A stretch of 59,907 nucleotides of DNA from a virus (Duplodnaviria; Caudoviricetes), in the IMG/VR virus record IMGVR_UViG_3300030103_004214, positions 1 to 59,907 of that record; one strand, written 5' to 3'. Below are positions 1 through 9,018 of the stretch, one piece after another. The first letter of the stretch is position 1. Every line of letters starts with the position of its first letter. The position numbers were made by a program, and so were the translations under genes. The notes below the pieces were generated by a model. That model was not told the DNA's origin. It saw only the letters and a program-made list of their open reading frames with translations, and searched no databases.

Positions 1-280
1 GTTGAAAGTCAAATACAATAATAACTTTCTTCTCATTAAATCCCATCAAGTCCATACCAAAACAGGGGAGGTTACTCCCCGTCTTTGGATATAATATGTT
101 GTTGTAAATACAACATTTATCATTCCATATTTCAACTTCTCTTGACTTAATTAAATTGGGATTGGAATAAGTCTTAGCAGTAAGACTCATTCCTTTTGAT
201 TCCCACTCACCCCACACTTCATTATGCCTTAATGATATCGTTTCGTGGAGTGCGTGTTTATACTTTTCCCAAAGTTTCAT
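1..280 (-). CDS. pebS: Phycoerythrobilin synthase PebS (ferredoxin-dependent bilin reductase), 3' part runs off the window
   Basis: Not in the ORF track; hand translation from ATG at 280 gives MKLWEKYKHALHETISL...IYNNILYPKTGSNLPCFGMDLMGFNEKKVIIVFDFQ, closely matching the cyanophage PebS core motif. ATGA overlap with the upstream psbN-like stop. Confidence 0.9.
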   Translation of the reverse strand, partial: MKLWEKYKHALHETISLRHNEVWGEWESKGMSLTAKTYSNPNLIKSREVEIWNDKCCIYNNILYPKTGSNLPCFGMDLMGFNEKKVIIVFDFQ

Positions 281-567
281 TTGCGTGTAATTTTACCCTT
301 TTCGTGACGGTGTTGTGGATAGTCTTGCTCTTGTGCTTTTTGTGTCATTACAGGTAGTTGTCCTTCGTGACCGTGAGCAATACCGAGTTCGTGCATTCTA
401 GCGTGTTCTCTAATCTCGTCTTTTAGGTCTTTGCCACCAGGACCAAAGGTATAGTATACACCGTACCCCATTAGTCCTGCAAGAGATGCAACTATCCAAA
501 AGATAAACACTCCTGTTGGTGGTAATCCATCATAATTACCGTGTTCAATCAAATTAAGAAATACCAT
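277..567 (-). CDS. psbN: PsbN-family small membrane protein with His-rich tail
   Basis: Single TM helix followed by GYGVYYTFGPGGKDLKDEIREH, a PsbN-like signature. Likely start is ATG 567 (MVFLN) with GGAGG just upstream, not 603. Confidence 0.7.
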   Translation of the reverse strand: MVFLNLIEHGNYDGLPPTGVFIFWIVASLAGLMGYGVYYTFGPGGKDLKDEIREHARMHELGIAHGHEGQLPVMTQKAQEQDYPQHRHEKGKITRK

Positions 568-1663
568 TGTCCTCCTGTGTTGTTGGCATTTGGAAATCTG
601 CATCTACTTTGTCATACAGTTCCAAGAATGATTGTTTTGTCTCATCATCAAAACGATTGATGCAGACTTGTATTGATTTTGCTTTATCACCAAAGATTGA
701 ATATGCACGAATGATGTGAACCAATCTTCTTGTGCTGATGATTTCTTCGATACCACCATCATAGAAGGTTTTACGAATAATGTCAGCCCAATCTACTAAT
801 CTCTTGACAAATGCTGTGTCATTTACTTTGACACTATCTGCGTGAAGTGTGAGTAATCTCTCTTCCACTTTTGGGTGTGGATATGATTGCTCAAAGGTAA
901 CTGGAAATCTTTCAAGGAATGCTTCATTCAATACGTTAGTACCAATAAAACGTCCATCGTCAGAACCTTTACCTTTTGTGTTTGCGGTTGCAATCACATT
1001 AAAACCTGCTTTAGGTGTCACAAACTTACCAATCTTCTTTAAGAATAATCCCTTACCCTCAAGAACTGGTTGTAGACAAAGTATCTTGTTAGATGCTAAG
1101 TCAATCTCATCTAGAAGGAGGATAGCTCCCCTCTCCAAAGCTTCGATGACAGGACCGTTGTGCCAAACAGTATTACCATCAACAAGACGAAACCCACCAA
1201 TAAGATCGTCTTCGTCAGTTTCGATTGTGATGTTGACACGAATTAACTCCCTCTTGAGTTGTGCACATACTTGTTCTACACCGAATGTTTTACCATTACC
1301 TGATAGACCAGTAATGAATGTTGGATAGAACTGTTTTGATTGAACAACTTTCTTGACATCAGTAAAGTGTCCAAACTTAACAAAGGTATTATCTACAGTT
1401 GGAACTAAATTCTTCTCTGTAATCGGCATGACTGCAGGAGCAGCAAAACTATTTTCAATCTGCTGAACACTCTCCTGTGTAACTTCTAAGTTCCACTTAC
1501 CTTTGGAAACTTTGTATTGTTGTAACTTTCTAGTTACTGTTTGATATGTAATATCATTCATTGCACAGAACGCTTTGATATCCGCTGCTGTGAACTCAGT
1601 GCCATAAAGTGCTTTTAGTTTTGCAATTACTTGGTCGGCAGTCATTTTAATCTCGAAGGGCAT
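554..1663 (-). CDS. cobS: CobS-like / MoxR-family AAA+ ATPase
   Basis: Walker A GLSGNGKT, Walker B LLLDEID, ATANTKGKGS, NEAFLERF; typical T4-like cyanophage gene. Confidence 0.9.
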   Translation of the reverse strand: MPFEIKMTADQVIAKLKALYGTEFTAADIKAFCAMNDITYQTVTRKLQQYKVSKGKWNLEVTQESVQQIENSFAAPAVMPITEKNLVPTVDNTFVKFGHFTDVKKVVQSKQFYPTFITGLSGNGKTFGVEQVCAQLKRELIRVNITIETDEDDLIGGFRLVDGNTVWHNGPVIEALERGAILLLDEIDLASNKILCLQPVLEGKGLFLKKIGKFVTPKAGFNVIATANTKGKGSDDGRFIGTNVLNEAFLERFPVTFEQSYPHPKVEERLLTLHADSVKVNDTAFVKRLVDWADIIRKTFYDGGIEEIISTRRLVHIIRAYSIFGDKAKSIQVCINRFDDETKQSFLELYDKVDADFQMPTTQEDNGIS

Positions 1664-1681
1664 AATAAAGTTTGATTTTCA

Positions 1682-1749
1682 TTTGATATATTCATTATAA
1701 TCAAAAAAGAGGGTTGTGTAACCCCCTTGTGTGCCACTTTATCGATTGG
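1682..1749 (-). promoter_or_regulatory. Putative early promoter, copy A (CCA-N4-TAAAGTG ... hairpin/U-tract ... TATAAT-N3-TATATCAAA)
   Basis: Upstream of cobS; same architecture and spacing as 4383-4449. Confidence 0.6.
1703..1728 (-). terminator. Intrinsic terminator-like hairpin
   Basis: AAGGGGGTT-ACAC-AACCCTCTT running into a U tract, just after the stop of 1739-2011. Confidence 0.65.
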
Positions 1750-2011
1750 ATATAAACTGTTCTAATTCTCTTATCAATCTTTTTCTACTGTGTCTACGGT
1801 CTAACTCAATTCCTATGGCTCTACCATATGTTTCAAGTTGAAGTTTAGACATTGTAGTAAAATCTAATGGTTCAGGATTAACTGGGTCTTCAACTGATGC
1901 AGGTGAATTATCTACATCAACAGTTGTCTGTTGAGTAGTTTTAGGTGAAGTTACACTTTCATATGCCGAATGAACTTCGCCACTACTTAATAGTTCAGTA
2001 AATCTAGTCAT
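1739..2011 (-). CDS. Hypothetical protein; C-terminus resembles a SAP/Rho-N-type helix-extension-helix
   Basis: 90-aa ORF; C-terminal DFTTMSKLQLETYGRAIGIELDRRHSRKRLIREL; GAGG upstream of the start. Confidence 0.65.
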   Translation of the reverse strand: MTRFTELLSSGEVHSAYESVTSPKTTQQTTVDVDNSPASVEDPVNPEPLDFTTMSKLQLETYGRAIGIELDRRHSRKRLIRELEQFISNR

Positions 2012-2013
2012 TT

Positions 2014-2148
2014 TTATTCCTCAGTGTTTGGTTCTTCAGTGGTTTCTGCTGATACTTCAGTCTCAGGTTTTGGTTCCTCTTTAGGTGCATATACTTTCGC
2101 ATACGCATCTAACATTTTTGCTGCATCTTCAGGTGTAATTCTAACCAT
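2014..2148 (-). CDS. Small acidic hypothetical protein (44 aa)
   Basis: Hand translation MVRITPEDAAKMLDAYAKVYAPKEEPKPETEVSAETTEEPNTEE; fills the gap; preceded by a late box AATAAATA. Confidence 0.65.
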   Translation of the reverse strand: MVRITPEDAAKMLDAYAKVYAPKEEPKPETEVSAETTEEPNTEE

Positions 2149-2170
2149 TATAATAATATAAGTTACACTT

Positions 2171-2178
2171 TATTTATT
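2171..2178 (-). promoter_or_regulatory. T4-type late promoter (AATAAATA)
   Basis: NATAAATA about 22 nt upstream of ATG 2148. Confidence 0.55.
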
Positions 2179-4372
2179 ATGCCACCAATTCAATAAATTC
2201 TCCAAGTATTTTCTTATTCATCTTCTTATTCTTAAGACTTTTAACAAATGCTCTTTTGATATCTGCCTTTGAGTCAGACTTAGGTTCAAACTCTGCATCG
2301 TTTGCAAGTGCCTGTGAAGCAATACCAAAGTAAGTATGATAACCCGCATCTTTAATTGCAAATGACCTTTCCTTTCTCCATCTAAGCATTGTCTTTTCAA
2401 CTAACTCATTACCATATCCAAGATATCTGCGAGCGAATTGACCACCATCACGACTAGACATGATACGAATACCAATGAAGTTCATATTTGGTAAACGTTC
2501 TCTAAGATTACGAAGAAGAACATCAGTCTGATTACGGTCATCATAGTAATGACCTTCACAACGATATGTTGTTCCTAATTGTCTATCACGAATAAAACAA
2601 CTCTCACCAAAATATTGTGTTCCCATATATGGTTCATCATCCCAATCTCTATGAACTTCCTTATTAAATCTCATTGGTTGACCCTCACCATCAGTCAGAA
2701 CAACACATTGAACTTTCTCAACTCCAGTTTCTTTCTTGAACTTAGGAAGTATTTGACGAAGTGCTATCATTGTTTCATTTAATGGTGTTCCTGATAGTCT
2801 GAAACCCAAAGGTGCTTGCATCCAAGCATTATTATATTTCCAATCAGATGATGCACCACATCTGAAGATATTAAGCATTTGACGGTCTAAATCTCTAGTT
2901 TTTGTGGTATGTGTAAAGAAGTTTAGAAGATGAAAATTATCAGGTATTTGTATTTCTTTATCCTTTAATTCAGCAACTCTTGGTTTATCTGTATTTGGAT
3001 AATCAACAGTAAATGCATAGACTTCATAAGGTATCTGAACTTTACGACAGAACCAAATCAAATTGTATAGTTGCTTCAATGTATCTAGTATTACATTGTT
3101 CATTGAACCAGACCAATCAAGAATGAATACTAGTCCGTGGTTTTTGCCATCGGGCACCACTGTGATTTTCTTGAAAATATCTTCATTGAACTTATATGTA
3201 TGAAGAGATTTGGTATCCAAGACACCAGTACGACTAGTAGAAGAGCGAGCATAAGCTCCTGCAGATTTGCGTCTCTCGAATTCTTTGACAAGATAGTTTA
3301 CCTCTTTCTGTGCATCTCTCTTGAATTTATAATACATCTTATCAACTTCACTGTAAATTGGTTCATCACTTGGACTCGTATTAAATCTTTCATGATACTC
3401 TTTTTCATATCTGATTTTTCTTTCTTCACAATCTACCCAATTTTTATCCATTGATTGATGAACTTTCTCATTATCAACGATAATATTTTCTAAAATTAAC
3501 TCAGGTATTTCGACATATTGACTTTCTCTAGTCTGAGTATTTGTAAGATTTTTAAGTGCTTCGCTCAATGACTTCATTGTTTCTGAGTCAGGTTCTTCAC
3601 TCCACTCTTCCTTAACATTATCATTAAGATTGAAATCCTCAAAGTCTTCAATTACTGGTTCGTTAGTTGCCTGTGGTGTGCCACTATCAATATCTGCTTC
3701 AGTCTCTTGTTGTGTCTCTTGACCGTCACCATCGGTCTCACCAGATGTTGAACCTATCATATCATCAAGTCTGATTTCATCACTCTGCATCTCAGATAAT
3801 CTATCCATCTCTTCTTTCTCTTCTGCTTTTTTCTGCTTACAGTATGCGTATAACTCTTCTGCAACATCAAGTGCTTCCTCGAATGTTTCAATCTTGTCAA
3901 TCTTGTTTACAAAGTATTGCTCTTCCTCATTAAAATCAATATCAACAAAGTTACCAATCTTGAAGTGTATATTAATACGGTCTGCAAGGTTCATATCATT
4001 TACATCTTTGTCTTTTATCTCAAAGAAATCAATATCAGTTAATTCATTGTATGCATTAAAAAATGTCTTAGATGTTCCCTCATATCTACGCTTAATAAGT
4101 TTTTCAATTCTTGCATCTTCAACAATATTGACAAATGCATGAGATGTAACTCTACCACCTTCTCTCCAATCCACATCAGGTGTGTAGAGAGCGTGTCCGA
4201 CCTCATGACATACAAGCATATCAAATACACCTTCACTTGCTTTATCCCAGTTAGGGAGTGTTAGAACACGACTGTGAACATCGAACTGTGCAGTCTCTAC
4301 ATTCTTATGCTCTACAACTAAATCCTCTGTTGCAAGTAGTTTAGCGAGTGTTGATTTGATTTCGTGTTTCAT
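2177..4372 (-). CDS. CobT-like protein: N-terminal HExxH metallopeptidase-like domain plus C-terminal vWA domain
   Basis: HEVGH and NIVEDARIE; acidic linker; MIDAS DWSGS, GTPL, VLTDG. Likely partner of the CobS-like ATPase. Confidence 0.85.
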   Translation of the reverse strand: MKHEIKSTLAKLLATEDLVVEHKNVETAQFDVHSRVLTLPNWDKASEGVFDMLVCHEVGHALYTPDVDWREGGRVTSHAFVNIVEDARIEKLIKRRYEGTSKTFFNAYNELTDIDFFEIKDKDVNDMNLADRINIHFKIGNFVDIDFNEEEQYFVNKIDKIETFEEALDVAEELYAYCKQKKAEEKEEMDRLSEMQSDEIRLDDMIGSTSGETDGDGQETQQETEADIDSGTPQATNEPVIEDFEDFNLNDNVKEEWSEEPDSETMKSLSEALKNLTNTQTRESQYVEIPELILENIIVDNEKVHQSMDKNWVDCEERKIRYEKEYHERFNTSPSDEPIYSEVDKMYYKFKRDAQKEVNYLVKEFERRKSAGAYARSSTSRTGVLDTKSLHTYKFNEDIFKKITVVPDGKNHGLVFILDWSGSMNNVILDTLKQLYNLIWFCRKVQIPYEVYAFTVDYPNTDKPRVAELKDKEIQIPDNFHLLNFFTHTTKTRDLDRQMLNIFRCGASSDWKYNNAWMQAPLGFRLSGTPLNETMIALRQILPKFKKETGVEKVQCVVLTDGEGQPMRFNKEVHRDWDDEPYMGTQYFGESCFIRDRQLGTTYRCEGHYYDDRNQTDVLLRNLRERLPNMNFIGIRIMSSRDGGQFARRYLGYGNELVEKTMLRWRKERSFAIKDAGYHTYFGIASQALANDAEFEPKSDSKADIKRAFVKSLKNKKMNKKILGEFIELVA

Positions 4373-4382
4373 CTTATCTTTG

Positions 4383-4449
4383 TTTGATATACACAGTATA
4401 AACTAAAAAACCGCCCAATGGACGGTTCAGTGGACACTTTATTAACTGG
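4383..4449 (-). promoter_or_regulatory. Putative early promoter, copy B, with embedded terminator-like hairpin
   Basis: CCAGTTAATAAAGTG ... AACCGTCC-ATT-GGGCGGTT-TTTT ... TATACT-GTG-TATATCAAA upstream of the CobT-like gene. Confidence 0.6.
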
Positions 4450-4803
4450 TTACTTCTTCGATTTTTTCATTCCCTGTTGTATCTGAGTATTCATTTTACT
4501 AAATCCTTGTTCTATTTTACCTGATTTAAGAAAATCACTAAACTTATTTACTGCACCTGGCAATTCATCAGTCATTTTGGTAACTTTATCATCTACAAAA
4601 CCTTTTACTTTATTAATTGCTTCTTCATCATCTTTAGCACCTAATTTTTCAAGTGCTTTATTTTTTACAGTATTAATAACAAAATTTTTGACATCTGCTG
4701 GATTGATAACCTTACCTATTCCCTTTGCAGTTCTTTCCATAGACTTTTCTATATTCGGTAAAACTTTAGGTGTCTCTTCTTGAAATTGTTGAAATGTTTT
4801 CAT
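4450..4803 (-). CDS. Hypothetical protein with MKTFQQFQE leader (candidate internal head protein)
   Basis: 117-aa Lys-rich helical ORF; TAATG-coupled to the upstream gene. Confidence 0.75.
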   Translation of the reverse strand: MKTFQQFQEETPKVLPNIEKSMERTAKGIGKVINPADVKNFVINTVKNKALEKLGAKDDEEAINKVKGFVDDKVTKMTDELPGAVNKFSDFLKSGKIEQGFSKMNTQIQQGMKKSKK

Positions 4804-4997
4804 TATGCTTTCTCGTTAATAGCGGTTACGTTCCAACCATTAGTGGTTTTCTTTTCCCAGATGTAATCCTCTGCCTTTGCTTTTGCTTGAGACGTATAAG
4901 TTTTACGATTATCATAAGTTTCAGTCCACCTCATATCACCTTTATAATAAACAGGTCTTGATGTAATAAAACTTGTTTTTTTAATATGCCAAGCCAT
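4803..4997 (-). CDS. Hypothetical protein (64 aa)
   Basis: ORF MAWHIKK...; late box AATAAATA at 5013-5020 upstream. Confidence 0.7.
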   Translation of the reverse strand: MAWHIKKTSFITSRPVYYKGDMRWTETYDNRKTYTSQAKAKAEDYIWEKKTTNGWNVTAINEKA

Positions 4998-5012
4998 TTT
5001 GATCTTTTTAGG

Positions 5013-5020
5013 TATTTATT
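5013..5020 (-). promoter_or_regulatory. T4-type late promoter (AATAAATA)
   Basis: Box 15 nt upstream of ATG 4997. Confidence 0.55.
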
Positions 5021-6731
5021 AAGATGCCATTTGTGAAAAACCCTTTACCTTCTCAAACCTTATGACACTCTCAAACTTATCATGTAGGTCTGCTTTATGA
5101 GATATTACAAAGACATTTGCATCTTTAATTACATATCGGATGATTTTTAAAAACTCATCAGTTCCCATACCATCAAGAGAACTATCAAATACTTCATCCA
5201 TAATTAATAGATTTGTATTGACTGAGTTCTTAACTCTTGCAACTTCTCTCCAAGTAAAAAGTAATGCTAAGTCAATACGCATCTTCTCACCTTCACTAAA
5301 AGAACTATATGAAAAGTTTTCGTGAATCGGTGATTCAATCGTTTCACTAAATTCCTCATCTAACTTAAAGTTGATATAGAAATCCATCATCTGCAAATAA
5401 CGATTTACCTGCTGATTAATGAGTGGTAGATATTTTTTGATTATCTTAGTCTTAACTCCATCGTCTTTTAGCAATGTATATGCAAAATCATGATACATGA
5501 TTTCTGTTTTTCTATCTGCTAATTCCTTAAAAATGCTTTGGAGGTTTTGATTAAACTCTTCTAACTTTCCATGTTCAGTATTTCTGTTCGCAAGTTGGTC
5601 GGTAATTTTCTGAATTTCTGATTCCAGATCTCTGATTTGTCGGTTGAATCCAGATATCCGAGTATTGTTTTGAGAAATGCCATTATTGAGTTTAGTAATC
5701 TCCTTTGTTAATTTGGTGAAAAGACGCTCTCGTTCTTCTTCGTTTTTAATTGCTTCTTCGAGTTCTTTATACCCAGATTGCAACTCTTTTGCTTTAGTTT
5801 GAGCGTCACTGATTCTATTTAATCGAAATGATTCTTCTATATCCTGAGTGCAGGTGGGACATACCGTATTTTCTGTAAAAAACTTATGTTCTTTTGTTAT
5901 AGTTGATACTTTATTGGATATTTTACCCTTCAGATTGTTAAGAGACTTTAATTTTTTATTCGATCCTGTTACCTTTTCCTGCTCTTGAGTTTTATTAAAA
6001 ACATCATTTTCTAACTGTTGATTTTCTAATGAGTATTTCTCTGCATCCTCTATCAAAGAATCAATTTTAGTTCTTTTACCTTTAATATTTTCCTTCCCAC
6101 GATTATCTAACTCTTCAATAAACTTTTCTTGCATCTCAAGTTTATCTTTGACATTATCTTTCTTTAAGTCTAATACCTGAATATTTTCTTTCTGTTTTTT
6201 TATCTTATCACGAATGATTGTGTTCATTGCAGAGAAGATACGAATATCTAACAAGTCTTCAATCACCTCTCTACGATTTGTTCCTGATAGTTGCATAAAA
6301 GGAACAAAAGCACTACTACCTAAAATTACAATTTGCGTAAATGATTTATAGTTTACTTTAAGTATATTTTCTTCTAATATCTTTTGCATTGCACGATCAT
6401 CAGATTGTTTATGCATCTTCTGACCATCTACTTCAATCTCAAATAAATTTGGTTTGATTGACCTTCGGACAATATATTGTCTACCATTAATATCAAACTC
6501 AACTTCCACTAAACAATCTTTCTCATTCGTAGCGTTAATGAGTTGAGATTTGTTTATCTTACGAAATGGTTTGTTGAATAAACTAAAGGTAAGAGCATCC
6601 AACACAGTTGATTTACCTGTGCCGTTTGTTCCTACAATTAAATTTGTTCCGTTTTTTATAAAGTCAATTTCTGAGAAATGATTTCCTGTCGAAAGGAAAT
6701 TTTTCCATCTAATTTTTTGAAACGTTATCAT
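5019..6731 (-). CDS. gp46: Recombination endonuclease subunit gp46 (Rad50/SbcC-like)
   Basis: KNFLSTGN, Walker A GTNGTGKS, CPTC zinc hook, FSEGEKMR signature, LIMDEVFDSSLD. Confidence 0.97.
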   Translation of the reverse strand: MITFQKIRWKNFLSTGNHFSEIDFIKNGTNLIVGTNGTGKSTVLDALTFSLFNKPFRKINKSQLINATNEKDCLVEVEFDINGRQYIVRRSIKPNLFEIEVDGQKMHKQSDDRAMQKILEENILKVNYKSFTQIVILGSSAFVPFMQLSGTNRREVIEDLLDIRIFSAMNTIIRDKIKKQKENIQVLDLKKDNVKDKLEMQEKFIEELDNRGKENIKGKRTKIDSLIEDAEKYSLENQQLENDVFNKTQEQEKVTGSNKKLKSLNNLKGKISNKVSTITKEHKFFTENTVCPTCTQDIEESFRLNRISDAQTKAKELQSGYKELEEAIKNEEERERLFTKLTKEITKLNNGISQNNTRISGFNRQIRDLESEIQKITDQLANRNTEHGKLEEFNQNLQSIFKELADRKTEIMYHDFAYTLLKDDGVKTKIIKKYLPLINQQVNRYLQMMDFYINFKLDEEFSETIESPIHENFSYSSFSEGEKMRIDLALLFTWREVARVKNSVNTNLLIMDEVFDSSLDGMGTDEFLKIIRYVIKDANVFVISHKADLHDKFESVIRFEKVKGFSQMAS

Positions 6732-6987
6732 CCTTTGGTGGCGGTATTACGATGTCATTAGGGGTAATCACTGCATACTTATAATTATACCTCTTACAAG
6801 TCAAAATGGCAAGTGCATCATCAATTTCAATGACCTGCATTTCTTTATCTTCATCCTCCTCAAGCATCATTGCATATCTTTCTGCATCATCCTCTTCCTC
6901 AAACATAAACAAAACTTTTTCACCATAACGATTCAACACTGCGTATGCACCGTTTTCCTGTTTTTTGTCTAGTGTAAGAAGATACAT
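6709..6987 (-). CDS. Conserved hypothetical protein between gp47 and gp46
   Basis: 92-aa ORF with LFMFEEEDDAERYA; overlaps the gp46 start. Confidence 0.8.
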   Translation of the reverse strand: MYLLTLDKKQENGAYAVLNRYGEKVLFMFEEEDDAERYAMMLEEDEDKEMQVIEIDDALAILTCKRYNYKYAVITPNDIVIPPPKDDNVSKN

Positions 6988-8028
6988 TTAGTCTACCTCG
7001 CAAGCTTCTGCGTATATTTTTTGTAGAATACCTTTAATTAGGGTTTTATCTCCCTCAAACTCAGAGTCATCAATATAACGATTCAATATACCAATTGTGT
7101 TTTCAGTTTCCTCTACCTCAAAGTCTGCTGCCTCTTGAAGAACAAAGTTCTCAATGATTTTTAGATCTTGAATACCAGAGTTGTATAATTTATCTATAAA
7201 TTTTTCAAACTGTTTCTGGTCGGTTTTCCGTTTGACTATGACTTTTACTATCTTATTCTTGAAATCTCGATAGTCAAATAATTTATAATTTGTATCTTCA
7301 TAGTAGATATTATAGAATAAACGATAAGGATTATTAACAGGAGTATGTTTAACAGAAGTAGTATCAAAGAGATGAAAACCTCTCTTATCATTCACATCAT
7401 TCCAAAACATTTCATAAGGATTACCAAGATAATAAATCTTTCCATTATTTGATCTTGTATGATAATGTCCAGAATAAACACGATCAAACTTATCAAATAC
7501 CTTCGTATCCATACCGTGCTCCATTGTATGACCACGAGTTGCTACAAAACCATTTAACTCTAAATGACCCATCACAACCTTTGAGTCAGACATCTTAATC
7601 GCTTCAAGTGTTTCTGAACGATTCTCCTCATTAATCCAAGGTAGAAATAGAATATCTAATCCACCTACATTTATTTCGGTAGGTTTTGAGTAAACTTCAA
7701 TATTATTATATTCCTTGAGTAAAAGATCAACTGTATTCACAGAGTTTGTATCTTTGTAATATGCAGTATGATTTCCAACAATAATATGAACCTTGATACC
7801 CATTGCTTGAAGTTTATCAAAGTAAATTCTTTTTGACCATTGAAGTGATGCTAAATCAATATTCCTTCGATTGTCAAAGGTATCACCCATATCAATGATG
7901 GTATCAATCTTATTTTCTTGAAGATATGGAAAGAAGATATCATCATAAAACTTTTGGAAATAGTTATTGATATAAGAAGCACCTTTTCTGGCACCGAAAT
8001 GCTGGTCTGTAATAATTACGATGTTCAT
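6988..8028 (-). CDS. gp47: Recombination endonuclease subunit gp47 (Mre11/SbcD-like)
   Basis: Metallophosphoesterase motifs TDQHFG, GDTFD, GNH, GHLE, SGHYH. Confidence 0.97.
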   Translation of the reverse strand: MNIVIITDQHFGARKGASYINNYFQKFYDDIFFPYLQENKIDTIIDMGDTFDNRRNIDLASLQWSKRIYFDKLQAMGIKVHIIVGNHTAYYKDTNSVNTVDLLLKEYNNIEVYSKPTEINVGGLDILFLPWINEENRSETLEAIKMSDSKVVMGHLELNGFVATRGHTMEHGMDTKVFDKFDRVYSGHYHTRSNNGKIYYLGNPYEMFWNDVNDKRGFHLFDTTSVKHTPVNNPYRLFYNIYYEDTNYKLFDYRDFKNKIVKVIVKRKTDQKQFEKFIDKLYNSGIQDLKIIENFVLQEAADFEVEETENTIGILNRYIDDSEFEGDKTLIKGILQKIYAEACEVD

Positions 8029-8504
8029 CTATTGGAAGACTTATATTGAATATTATCTTTGATTGTATTGTAATCTGAACTACTACCTGCTAATGCACCA
8101 TCATCGACAGTCATCACTTCATCAAATCCTGTCTTCTCAATTATCTTTGTCTTGATTTCTAATTGCTTCTTCTCCTTCTGTATGCGTCTCAGAAAAGCAT
8201 AGTGTATAATCTGTGTAAAGTATGCAAAAGGATTACGAGACTTCTCTGGGTCGAAGTTATGAATGTATTGGACACAATTCTCAATTCCGTCAGATATCAT
8301 ATCATCACGGAACATATAGTTTACAAAGTTTGGTTTATATGATAGATGAGTTGCTATCTTAAGAAAGCACTCTCCAAGATAGTTTGTAATTCTCGGTTTC
8401 GGCAAATCATTTTCCTTTGCGTGAGCAACTTTACCTCTGTAAACAATTAGTGCTTCTAATAATTCCTTATTATTGACATAATGCTCAGATTTCTTTCTTA
8501 CCAT
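8025..8504 (-). CDS. gp55: Late transcription sigma factor gp55
   Basis: HYVNNKE, KPNFVNYMFRDDMISDGIENC, NPFAYFTQI; canonical position before gp47. Confidence 0.96.
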   Translation of the reverse strand: MVRKKSEHYVNNKELLEALIVYRGKVAHAKENDLPKPRITNYLGECFLKIATHLSYKPNFVNYMFRDDMISDGIENCVQYIHNFDPEKSRNPFAYFTQIIHYAFLRRIQKEKKQLEIKTKIIEKTGFDEVMTVDDGALAGSSSDYNTIKDNIQYKSSNR

Positions 8505-8527
8505 ATCTCGTATCTGAATGTATCCAT

Positions 8528-8556
8528 ATTATAACATTATTTACTTGACTTGACAA
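8528..8556 (-). promoter_or_regulatory. Sigma70-type promoter for gp55 (TTGTCA-N17-TATAAT, extended -10 TG)
   Basis: -35 at 8556-8551, -10 at 8533-8528; the spacer contains GTAAATA. Confidence 0.7.
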
Positions 8557-8578
8557 CACCCTCAAAAACGTATACAAT
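8550..8578 (+). promoter_or_regulatory. Divergent sigma70-type promoter (TTGACA-N17-TACAAT) pointing antisense into the uvsW operon
   Basis: TTGACA at 8550-8555, TACAAT at 8573-8578; no plus-strand ORF downstream. Confidence 0.6.
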
Positions 8579-8604
8579 AACCTTTGTAAGGTTTCAAGGA
8601 CATA

Positions 8605-9018
8605 TTAAGACTCTTTCTTTGGATCTGTATTACCCTTAAAGATATTCTCAAGGCTCTGGCGAGCATCTTCAACTGTTGTGATAAATCCCATCTTTGGATG
8701 TAGAGATACTTTACCGTCAATCTCAATATCAATATCATCTTCATTTAAATACTTTTCATAAAAAGTTATCATTCGATCATCAGATACTTCTGACATTGTA
8801 ACTATTTTATCATACTTTAACAGGAAAAGATCTTCAGTAGGGAGTTCTAACCACGGGCGAACCTTTACATATGCCCCTGCAGGAGATTGAAGCATTTTCA
8901 TAATCACAGGATTTGACAGCATTATAATTGGGTCTCCATCATTCTCATCGACAGAGACTAAGGCAAAGATTTCTTCACCTGTGACTAATTTTAATACTGC
9001 GTGAAACTCTTCTCCCAT
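8605..9018 (-). CDS. Conserved hypothetical protein downstream of uvsW (possibly Sm-like fold)
   Basis: LKLVTGEEIFA...LSNPV...PW motif; TAATG coupling with uvsW. Confidence 0.8.
   Translation of the reverse strand: MGEEFHAVLKLVTGEEIFALVSVDENDGDPIIMLSNPVIMKMLQSPAGAYVKVRPWLELPTEDLFLLKYDKIVTMSEVSDDRMITFYEKYLNEDDIDIEIDGKVSLHPKMGFITTVEDARQSLENIFKGNTDPKKES

Noticed and set aside
8562-8744. 60-aa minus-strand ORF overlapping the end of 8605-9018
   Set aside because: Out-of-frame overlap running through the promoter region; no supporting signal.
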